Assembly (NCBI GenBank): GCA_964016885.1
Contig: OZ024743.1
Span: 104,222,001-104,286,000, forward strand
Length of the DNA: 64,000 bases
Reading direction: 5' to 3'
From: Eledone cirrhosa
Lineage: Eukaryota
Shown: positions 55,220-64,000 of the stretch, in pieces
Numbering within the stretch: position 1 is the first letter of the stretch
How the letters are laid out: every line of letters begins with the position of its first letter
The notes under the pieces: generated by a model
Database searches by the model: none
The model's input: only the letters and a program-made list of their open reading frames with translations
Told to the model about the DNA's origin: nothing
Position numbers and translations under genes: made by a program

Positions 55220-55822
55220 AGAATGAAGAGAAGACAGGGGAAGAAGAGGAGAGAATGAAGGAGTGGCAGAGGGAGGGGAAGAAAGAATGAAGAAGAAGAA
55301 GAAGAAGGAAGGAGAAAGAGGGGACAGAAAGAGGATGAAGGAGATGAAGGAAGAATAAATAAAAGAGAGGAGGAAGGAGGGAGAATGGCGTGGAAGGAAG
55401 TGCGAATAAAAGAGAGGAGGAGGAAGGGGGAAGGAGGAGGAAAAGGAGTAAAAATGAAGAGGAATGAAAGAGACGAAGAAAGAGAGAATGAAAGCGGGTG
55501 ATAAAGGAGGAGGGAGGTAGAGGGTAAGGTGAAATGAGAAGGGGTAAGAAGAGAGAATGAAAGAGTTGAAGGAAGGAGGAATTAGTGGAAGAGAGAATGA
55601 AAGAGGGAAGGAAGGAGGTGGATTAAGAGAGAATAAAAGCAGAGAAGGAGAAGAAGGGAGAATGAAAGAGGAGGGTAAAAAAGAGAATAAAATAGGGGAG
55701 GAAGGAGGTGGAGGAAGGAGATGAAAGAGGAGGAGAAAAAGAAGAGAGAATGAAAGAGATGAATGAGAGGAAGAAAAAATGAAAGAGGGGTATAAAGGAG
55801 GATGTGAAAGAAATAGAGAAAG
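55220..55822. repeat. Purine-rich (GA/GGA/GAA) low-complexity tract
   Basis: About 600 bp almost entirely A/G, with recurring GAGAATGAAAGAG. Confidence 0.9.
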
Positions 55823-56129
55823 ATTATGTATGGATTGTTGTTGTTGATGTAGTCACCGGTCAGCCATAATTGAGCAATCCTATGATCATAGGCCTTCCAC
55901 CTATGGCCTTCCGGTCTTTTACTTATGTGCATGCAACCAAAGTCCACAGTACATATCTTTTTAAAGATGGAGGGCATAATTTAAGGGAGATTAACTACTA
56001 TTTTTTGCAGGTCAAGTGACCATGTTGAGACAGGCTCCTTCATTGTCTTGAACATGTGGAGGTGATGGGAAGAGGTGACAGAAAGGAGGAAGTTGTGGTC
56101 CTCCATTGATTTTGAAGATGAATATCACA

Positions 56130-56650
56130 ATTGTTTGATCAATGGAACAACCAGCTCATAAAATTAACATGTAAGTGACTGAGCATTCCACATACATGTG
56201 TACTCTTAATGTAATCCTCTGGCAGATTCAGCTTAACACTGTGTATGTGACAAGGTTGGCTCTTTGAATTAAAGGTTCAAGAGTCCATCTGACAGGCTTC
56301 CAAACAGTTTCTGCCTACCCAATTTTACTCATGAGTAATGGGTTGACCTGTGGCTATGGTAAATGATACTTACCCATGATGTTATATAGCAGGCATGTCA
56401 AACTGAGGGTTCCCCGAGGGCTATATGGGTCACATATCTGTTGTCTGAGGGCCACACATGACAACTAATTGTGCACATTACAATTAATTATTTTTATTTT
56501 ATATTATGAAGATAAAACATACTCACACTGTAAAAACCTTTGTGTGGCCTGCATGTGGCCTGCGGGCTGCATGTTTGACATGCCACCTATTATATAGTGT
56601 AATCAAACCAAAGACCTAATGATTGTGAAGCAAGCTCCTTATCCAGTCAC
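56130..56650 (-). mobile_element. SINE of the same family as 53750-54562, inverted, interrupted by a MITE
   Basis: The reverse complement contains GGGTAAGTATCATTTACCATAG, AGAAACTG, GATGGACT, TAATTCAAAGAGCCAACCTTGTCAC, TACACATGTATGTGGAATGCTCAG and TGTTCCATTGATC in the same order as the plus copy. Confidence 0.8.
56390..56586. mobile_element. hAT (Charlie-like) MITE
   Basis: TIRs CAGGCATGTCAAAC / GTTTGACATGCC and subterminal GGCCTGCGGGCTG. TTATATAG occurs on both sides. Confidence 0.75.
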
Positions 56651-56924
56651 ACAAGCTGTGTCAATTAAAGGGGAGACACTCATGCAGTGAATGACAGAAG
56701 AACAAAAAAGAACCCAGTGGATCAAGGAATTTCTATGTTAGTTAACCCAACAGACAGAGCAGCTACATTTCACCTCAATAAATTCTTTGCTATATTTTTA
56801 GGTGAATTCAAAACAACAGCCAAATCTCCCTCTGTAAACTGGACTCCTTCCTATCTTTAAAAGTAAGTTCATTCAACATAACCTAATCTGTCTAAAAAAA
56901 CTCACCCTCTCCACACAATAAAAT

Positions 56925-57145
56925 GCTTTCTAATTTAGCCACAAGGCCAGCAAATAACGAGAACGGGAAATTTGTTTAAATCAACCCCAGTATTAAACTG
57001 GTACTTTATTTTATTAATCCCCAGCAGAAAGAATGGCAAAATTAACTTTGGTGGGATCTGTACTCAGAACATAAATAGCCAGGGCTAAATAGTCTGAGAA
57101 ATTTTGTCTGATGCTTGCTCTAAAGATTCTGCTAATCTACTGCCC
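56925..57145 (-). mobile_element. Second, more degenerate Nin/Deu-like SINE
   Basis: CACAAGGCCAGCAA, ACTGGTACTTTATTTTAT and GGCAAA match 54870-55046. Confidence 0.7.
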
Positions 57146-57483
57146 CCAATAAATCGAAGGTCTATATATTTTTGAAGTCACAACATTGTAGGGCAGTGTG
57201 GCATAGAAAAGATGACATAATCATAGCTAATAGACACTAACCAAACAATAACAAAAGGAGAGAATAGTCAAATAACCAGAACTTAAATAAGTATTATTAC
57301 CTAACCAGGCACTACTATGTAACATAACATACATGATGATGGTGTTTAGTCATGCAAGACTGAATATTAAGGAGATAGATATGGTTCATTAACTTCAACA
57401 ACAACAATACAATAGAGACATTATAAAATAAGGAAGAAGTAGGGGGAGTAAGAAGAGCTCTTATGATACAAAAGATAGATATC

Positions 57484-57755
57484 TTTCTTTATTTGCCACA
57501 GGGACGTACAAAAATGGGACATTACAAGACGTGACGGCGGGGGTTTTACATAAAAATCCTATAACTTTGACATTAGTAAATAACAATAAACTATATATAA
57601 TAAAATAACAATTGAAATCCCCAATAGGGGGGAACGTTACTGCAGGGTTGTTTTACACCCCGTGGATAGAACAACCCTCAACACCAGGAACACGTTTTGT
57701 AGGTGTTCCCGTCTTCCCTCTGTTTATCTTCTTCAACCTACAGCTTTATATACAA
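57484..57755 (-). mobile_element. Short 3'-end copy of a Tx1/L1-type LINE
   Basis: Homologous to 57881-58115 (TTCTTTATTTGCCACA, CCAATAGGGG, GGGTTGTTT..GAACAACCCTCAAC, CTTCTTCAACCTACAG). Flanked by GATA repeats. Confidence 0.8.
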
Positions 57756-57759
57756 AAAC

Positions 57760-57880
57760 AGATAGATAATAGATAGATAGGTCGGTATGTAGATAGATAG
57801 ATAGATAGATAGATAGACAGATAGATAGACAGGCAGAGGTGGTCAGATATAGTGATTGAGAGATAGATAGATAGATAGAT
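57760..57880. repeat. (GATA)n microsatellite
   Basis: Direct reading. Confidence 0.92.
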
Positions 57881-58880
57881 TTCTTTATTTGCCACAAGGG
57901 CGCACAAGAAAAGGGGACAATACAAAGACACTTGCCGGGGATTTTACATACATTCGTGTAAAAATATTGAGACAAACAATAACAATCGGAGTCTCCAATA
58001 GGGGTGAGGCGCCACAAATGGGTTGTTTAATACCCCGTCGATAGAACAACCCTCAACTGTTGTGCAAGTGCTCCTTTCTTCCTTTTGCTCTCTTCTTCAA
58101 CCTACAGGTTTATAAACAGAGAAGTCCCAATCACTCGGGCCATTTTTGCTGCATTCACCCACCTTTCAGTAAATTTACTGGGGTGCAGTGCCTCTCTCTC
58201 CACTCTGATTCTCCTTCTAAAGTGGTATCTAAAGAAGGGAATAAGTTGTTGTCCGGAGAGAAAGGCATCTGTCCTCAGTCCTCTCAATCGCGTCCACCAT
58301 ATAACCTCTTTCACCATAGCCACTATACAGAGGAAAACTGCCTCTCCTTCGTTTTTGAAAGAGGTTGGCAGTTTGATCCTTACTATGGACTCGGCAGTCA
58401 ACTGGATTTGCCCCATACGTGATAGCAGTTGTTCTGCGTAGTTCCACAGATCGGTTACGCCCGGGCAGTGTACAATTGCGTGCAAGACGGTTTAAATGTC
58501 CTGCTCGCATCTTGGACACATCCTCTTGGAAGGATCCCTGCCTGTAGATCTTGTCTCGCACTGATAGAGCTCCTCGGTAGCACTGCCAGGCCAGGGACTT
58601 CTTGAAGTTGTCCATAGGTCCTGGGCGGAAAGTCCTACCAAACAGACTGGTGAGCTCGTCGTCTTTGATGCCCAGAGTCTCTCCGAGCACGTCGACACCC
58701 TTGTAACATACTAACCCTCTATAGAATGTCAAAGTGGAGTCTCCACTGATTGCCGTGCTCACTTGCCAGAGGAGTATGAGCGCCCATCTTTTTCGGTCTG
58801 CGCTTGACCCAGGACTGCAGCTCCGTCAGTGAGACAAGTTGCGGGAAGGCCTGTCTCACAAACAGTGCCCACACTGGTTG
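57881..58880 (-). mobile_element. 5'-truncated, frameshifted Tx1/L1-clade LINE (C-terminal zf-RVT region and 3'UTR)
   Basis: Overlapping ORFs join as LAWQCYRGALSVRDK..CPRC....HAIVHCP...W...KEVIWWTR, the CCHC/zf-RVT C-terminus of L1/Tx1 ORF2. AATAAA lies just before (TATC)n. Confidence 0.8.
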
Positions 58881-59205
58881 GGGGTCAGTGAGGAAATAAT
58901 TAGATAGATAGATAGATTAGAAGATAGATTGATAGATAGATTAATCCATAGTTAGGTTGGTATTTAGAGATAAAATTGATATTTTTGAGGTCAATGGCTG
59001 ATTCTTCTCCTCTATCTCTCTCTGTTCAGACCAGGCGTGTGATGGGCTCTGACAGGTTTAAAAAGACCAAAGTATCCCTAGGACATTAACAGGAGTTAAG
59101 AGCAGTTTCCTATTTGTGAAACTAATTAATTACTGTACATATTAGGACACTATATAAATAACAGATTGATGTAAACAAGCACACGCACACATGTATATGT
59201 GTATG

Positions 59206-59232
<27 letters not shown>

Positions 59233-59236
<4 letters not shown>

Positions 59237-59303
59237 CTTGATGTTTACACTCTACTAATATTATTGAGTATCTTACTTACTGTGGTTACCCCCCGATTGA
59301 ACA

Positions 59304-59358
<55 letters not shown>

Positions 59359-59435
59359 TCCTTTGTTCAATCGGGGGGTAACCACAGTAAGTAAGATACT
59401 CAATAATTTTTAGTAGAGTGTAAACATCAAGTTTT
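59233..59435. repeat. Foldback element: 72/73-bp inverted repeat with (TA)n inside and outside
   Basis: 59233-59304 is the reverse complement of 59363-59435 apart from one mismatch and one indel. Confidence 0.93.
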
Positions 59436-59702
59436 ATATATATATATATACACAGTTCAAGAGTAACCAATCTTAAAGAGAGAAATGGAGATAGTAGAGG
59501 AGATATGAGAGTAGAGATTGGTGAGTTAGTTAGAAGCCGAAGCGTAAAGGCATGTGCTCAATGTGCAATATGCATTATTATTATTAATATTATTATTATT
59601 ATTCTCTACATTCCTTACATCAAACTAAAATATGTTGACAATCTTTTAATAATTACTTCCTTGTGAAGTTTGTGGTCTTGTTTTGCTTAACTAATGAATA
59701 TA

Positions 59703-62700
59703 TATCATCATCATCATCATCATCATCAACGTTTAACGTCCGTGTTCCACGCTTGCATGGGTTTGGACGGGGGTAGTCCCACTTGAGGCAAGAGTGATTG
59801 TCTTGCTCGCATAGGACTGTCTGGCAGGTTTTCTACAGTTGGATGCCCTTCCTAACACCAACCACATTTACAGTGTGGGTCTGGGAGGTTTTTACCGTGT
59901 TGCCTACACGGCCACATTACAGCGTGGACTGTGTGTTTTTTTGTCGTGACACCTACACGATCTCATTTGTTTCGGCCTGGATGGCGCGGCACCAACATAA
60001 CTTTACATAGAACGGGGTGGTGTGGATGGGGTGGGGGTGGTGGCGGGACGGGGTGTATTTTGTTAGAGATGCCTACTGGCAAGGCGGGTCTTCTCTGTTA
60101 CTGAGTACCGCCAAAGGTCACGGTCCAGTGACATTGTCTTGGAGAGGTGTAAGTGTGTGAGGTCGGAGTTTATCAGCTCATCCCATGTTTTTCTAGGTCT
60201 GCCTATTCCGTGGCTACCGTCTATCTTTATTGCCCTGCACTTTGTAATACAGCTATCGACTTTCATGCGCATCACGTGTCCATACCAACGCAGCCTTCTC
60301 TCGAGTAAACAACATCTGATCCCTCTTATCTCTAATTTTTTCCTTAGTTCGTTTATGCTTTGCCGTTCACGTATATTACTGTTACACATCCAGCGGAGCA
60401 TGCAAGCTTCGTTCCTCTCTAGTCTGCGTATATCCTCTGCACACAATGCCCAGGTCTCACTACCATGCAACATTGCTGTTCGTATGCAGGCATCGTACAA
60501 CCTGCCTTTCATTTTTAGGGAGAACCCTTTAGCAGCTAATAGTGGTATAAGCTCTCTGAACTTTTTCCAACCAGTTCTGACTCTAGCTACAGTACTTTCA
60601 GAGCACCCTCCCCCACTGCTGATTTTATCGCCCAGGTAACGGAAGCTGTTCACTATTTCTATAGAACCCTCTGCGCAATTGAAAGAGCTAGTATTTTGTG
60701 GGCACTTGCTGCTACTTATTGCACCAGAACACCGGCCACATGTAAAGTCTATGTTCTTAGTTAGCTTACCTGTGATCCCACTACATCTTTTATGCACCCA
60801 TACTTTGCATTTAGGACATAAGATGGAGTTTCTACCTACGCCTTTCCTACATACCGAGCACGACCATTTCCCAGAAGGGACCGCCGCCTTGTTTTCTTTC
60901 CTACAAACTAGAACTTTGGTCTTAGCCAGGTTAATTTTAAGTCCTTTTGACTCTAGGCCGTGCTTCCATGTTTGGAATTTCTTCTCTAGCTCGGCCATTG
61001 ATTCCGCTATGAGTGTCAGGTCGTCTGCGTATAGGAGTTCCCATGGGCAGCCTGTCTTGAACTCCTCTGTTATAGCCTGAAGGGCAATAATAAATAGTAG
61101 GGGGCTGAGAACAGAGCCCTGATGGACGCCAACTTTTACGCTAAACTCTTCACTATATTCGTTGTTAATTCTAACCTTGCTGACTGTTTCTTTATACATG
61201 GCTTGTATAGCCCTCACAAGCCATTTGTCAATGCCTAGTTTTCTAAGAGCCCACCAGATAATGGAGCGGGGGACTCTGTCGAAGGCTTTCTCCAGGTCGA
61301 CAAAAGCTAAGTAGAGGGGTTTACCTTTAGCTAGGTACTTCTCCTGTAGTTGTCGTACTATGAAAAGAGCGTCTGTGGTGCTTTTGCCTGACACAAACCC
61401 GAACTGCATTTCATCTAGATCAATTCTCTCTCTGATTAGTTGCGCTATTACTTTTTCCGTGACCTTCATGACCTGGTCGATTAATTTAATGCCTCTATAG
61501 TTACTCCTATCTAGGGCGTCTCCTTTACCCTTATAACAGTTAACGATGATGCTGCTATGCCAGTCCTTCGGAACAACCCCATTCTGTACGACTTGGTTAA
61601 CTATGCGGGTGACCATGGTGTGTCCCACCGTGCCAGATGCCTTCAGCATCTCAGCAACTATTTCCGAAGGCCCAGCCGCCTTACCAGTCTTCATATCCTT
61701 GATTGCCTTACTTATTATACTCCCCTCGACTAACACTGCTGGACCCTCTATCGGGTCGATATGGGGGAGACTGTCTTTCTCCCATTTATTCTCCTCATTT
61801 AGTAGCCTTTCATAGTGACACTTCCAAGCTACCTTCTTATCAGTGTCGGTGATGGCAAGTATGCCATCATCGTTAAGTACACACTTCTCCCCGACAATAT
61901 CACGGTTTTCCTTGACGCATTGCCTGGCAATCCTGAACACCTCACGTTTTTGGTCATCGCGTTGTAGAACATGCTTGAACTTTCTTTCCTCAGCTTCCCT
62001 TCTTGCTAAGTACACTTCTCTCCTAGCTTCCCTCCTGGCCACTTGATAGTCTACTCTACTTCCCCCATCCCGCCATACTTTCCAAGCCTGCTTTTTGGCC
62101 TTAATTGACCCCTCCACCCTACTGTTCCACCACCATGTTACTCTCCTCCTGCCTACAGGCCTGCTCCAGCCACAGACTTCGTCTGTCGCCAACAGCAGGT
62201 TTGCTTTCAGAAATTCCCACTGTCCCTCTATATTGTCCGATTCTAGATGCTCTTCCTTACTGTCGAAAGCATCAAGTAATATGCTTTGAAATTTATTTCT
62301 GGCTGTGGGGTCCTTTAGTTTCCATATTTTCCTCCTGAGGATAGTCCTCTTCTGCTGTCTAGTACGTCTCGTCCTGACTATGAGGTCGCTAATTATCAGT
62401 CTATGTTGGGAGGTGCATTCTTCATGGGGGAGGGATTTAGTGTTTACAACAGACACTCTGTCACGTCTTCTGGTAAGGATATAATCTACCTGGCTTGTGT
62501 GTTCCCCGGATCTATAGGTGATCAGGTGATTGTCACGTTTTTTGAAGTTAGTGTTACAGATAGTTAGGTTATTTGCATCACAGTATTCCAGGATTCTGGA
62601 GCCTTCCTCATTTCTAGTACCAAACCCATAGCCTCCATGGATTTCGTCGTAGCCGTCACAATGTTGTCCAACGTGACCATTTAGGTCGCCTGCAATAATT

Positions 62701-63540
62701 ATATAGTCACTGTCAGATATTTGGGAGGTAGTTAGCAACAGTGTCTCATAGAATCTGTCTTTTATAGTGAGGGGCAGTCCGGATTGGGGTGCGTACGCAG
62801 ATATTACTGTCACCGTAGTTCTATTGAGGACAAGTCTTATTTTAATTATTCTGTCGTTCACTCTATTTACGTCTATTATCTTATCTGCCCACTTTTCTGC
62901 TACCATGATTCCTACTCCACCCAGCCCATCGTCGTTTCCCACCCAGAAAAGCTTATAACATCGTTTTTTACCCTCAATGAATCTAGAAGACCCACCCCTC
63001 CACCTGGTCTCTTGAATACAACAAACATCGACCTCCTTACGTTCAAGCATTTCTACAACCTCGTTAGCGCGACCCTTTAGGGTGCCTACATTTATGGTAC
63101 CAACTCTGAAGTTTTGGGTTGCGTTTGGAGGGTGGGGGTGGTGGGGGGCGGGAGGAGATAGGGTTATGTTAGCCATCCGCGGACGAAACAAAGAGGAGTG
63201 CTCGCATTCTCGTCCACGAGGTGAATTTGACTTTAACTTTGGCATTTTCGCTCTGAGCGTCCAGATTTTTCTCTCCCTTCCACTCTCCAGGATTCCGCAG
63301 TCCGTCCGTCCATCCATCCATCCATCATATATCGAAGGCAACCGGGCAAGCGATAGTATAGGCCTCTGGCTTATGATTTGGTCCGCGTAATAATAATAAT
63401 GGTGATGCGTGGGGGTGGAGGGTGGGCTCTGGCTTATAATAATGATGGTGATGCGTGGGGGGGGCTCTGGCTTATGATTGGTCCACGTATTAAGTATGGT
63501 GGTGTGTGGGGGAGGGAGGGAGGGGTGTGGGGTAGCTAGC
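59703..63540 (-). mobile_element. Full-length RTE-clade LINE (5' boundary uncertain)
   Basis: Single long ORF, a ~340-bp 3'UTR ending CGGACGTTAAACGTT(GAT)n, and a GC-rich upstream region with short repeats. No convincing TSD found. Confidence 0.85.
60063..63341 (-). CDS. RTE LINE polyprotein: AP-like endonuclease + reverse transcriptase + PHD-like zinc finger (likely true start ATG at 63176)
   Basis: APE motifs TINVGTL, CIQETRW, SAYAPQ, GDLNGHVG, VDYIL, SQHRLI. RT motifs QFGF, DLEKAFDRV, QGSVLSPLLF, YADD, YLG. RTE-type C-terminus RRLRWYGHVMRM..GRPRKTW. 1092 aa uninterrupted. Confidence 0.96.
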   Translation of the reverse strand: MPSIYDGWMDGRTDCGILESGRERKIWTLRAKMPKLKSNSPRGRECEHSSLFRPRMANITLSPPAPHHPHPPNATQNFRVGTINVGTLKGRANEVVEMLERKEVDVCCIQETRWRGGSSRFIEGKKRCYKLFWVGNDDGLGGVGIMVAEKWADKIIDVNRVNDRIIKIRLVLNRTTVTVISAYAPQSGLPLTIKDRFYETLLLTTSQISDSDYIIIAGDLNGHVGQHCDGYDEIHGGYGFGTRNEEGSRILEYCDANNLTICNTNFKKRDNHLITYRSGEHTSQVDYILTRRRDRVSVVNTKSLPHEECTSQHRLIISDLIVRTRRTRQQKRTILRRKIWKLKDPTARNKFQSILLDAFDSKEEHLESDNIEGQWEFLKANLLLATDEVCGWSRPVGRRRVTWWWNSRVEGSIKAKKQAWKVWRDGGSRVDYQVARREARREVYLARREAEERKFKHVLQRDDQKREVFRIARQCVKENRDIVGEKCVLNDDGILAITDTDKKVAWKCHYERLLNEENKWEKDSLPHIDPIEGPAVLVEGSIISKAIKDMKTGKAAGPSEIVAEMLKASGTVGHTMVTRIVNQVVQNGVVPKDWHSSIIVNCYKGKGDALDRSNYRGIKLIDQVMKVTEKVIAQLIRERIDLDEMQFGFVSGKSTTDALFIVRQLQEKYLAKGKPLYLAFVDLEKAFDRVPRSIIWWALRKLGIDKWLVRAIQAMYKETVSKVRINNEYSEEFSVKVGVHQGSVLSPLLFIIALQAITEEFKTGCPWELLYADDLTLIAESMAELEKKFQTWKHGLESKGLKINLAKTKVLVCRKENKAAVPSGKWSCSVCRKGVGRNSILCPKCKVWVHKRCSGITGKLTKNIDFTCGRCSGAISSSKCPQNTSSFNCAEGSIEIVNSFRYLGDKISSGGGCSESTVARVRTGWKKFRELIPLLAAKGFSLKMKGRLYDACIRTAMLHGSETWALCAEDIRRLERNEACMLRWMCNSNIRERQSINELRKKLEIRGIRCCLLERRLRWYGHVMRMKVDSCITKCRAIKIDGSHGIGRPRKTWDELINSDLTHLHLSKTMSLDRDLWRYSVTEKTRLASRHL

Positions 63541-63635
63541 TGGAAGGTTATGAATGTTTAACAAGCGATTTAACAAAAAGCAAAACTGCAAGATTTGTTC
63601 TGTTCAATACGACAAAAACACCGTATTTAAACCTT

Positions 63636-63801
63636 ATGCAAGTATGTATGTATACGTACATACATATATGTATACAGACGTACAGTAGCATGCATACCGT
63701 ATGGCATAAATTCAGGCTGTTCAGTTTGTTGACAAACGAACAAAGCGGCGTTATAATAAGCGTCCGCTAAACTGATGCGTGCATATATGTATGTGTACCT
63801 G

Positions 63802-63832
<31 letters not shown>

Positions 63833-63890
63833 GCATGCTACTGTACGTCTGTATACATATATGTATGTACGTATACATACATACTTGCAT
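63636..63890. repeat. Perfect 61-bp inverted repeat with a 133-bp spacer
   Basis: 63636-63696 is the exact reverse complement of 63830-63890. Confidence 0.92.
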
Positions 63891-63948
63891 TTAAGTAAGT
63901 GCCATACTAAGAGTGAGAAATGAAATTTCGTTTTCATTTTTTTCAACT

Positions 63949-63982
<34 letters not shown>

Positions 63983-64000
63983 TCCCTATGAATTTAATAT

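Noticed and set aside
48683-55977. Poly-Y/L/V/M/I/G and F/L/S-rich ORFs
   Set aside because: Translations of trinucleotide and purine-rich microsatellites.
60139-63390. Multiple plus-strand ORFs
   Set aside because: Antisense shadows of the RTE ORF with no independent motifs.
63545-63560. Target-site duplication (ATGAAT) for the full-length RTE
   Set aside because: Only 6 bp, AT-rich and not flush with the 3' junction.

Overview
This is eukaryotic, AT-rich, repeat-dominated DNA. The SINE/LINE tails resemble those of coleoid cephalopods (Octopus-like); that assignment is an inference. No host protein-coding gene is recognisable. About two-thirds of the window (4182-46230) is one head-to-tail satellite of a 37-bp monomer (GAGGTATAGTAGCCTTACATAGTGATACCATCTCTTT, about 1,130 copies). 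It shows nested kb-scale duplications and about 30 internal copies of its own left-boundary junction. The monomer can be phased as a GT...branch...pyrimidine...AG unit. A strong acceptor/donor (AG|GTATGT) site with a 59-nt stop-filled exon sits beside the array on the minus strand. The flanks hold an apparently intact RTE-clade LINE (APE endonuclease + RT + C4HC3 PHD-like finger, 60063-63341, minus) and two truncated relatives. They also hold SINEs sharing the RTE 3' tail, two Tx1/L1-type 3' fragments embedded in (GATA)n, nested hAT and piggyBac-type MITEs, two long palindromes associated with (TA)n, and many microsatellites.
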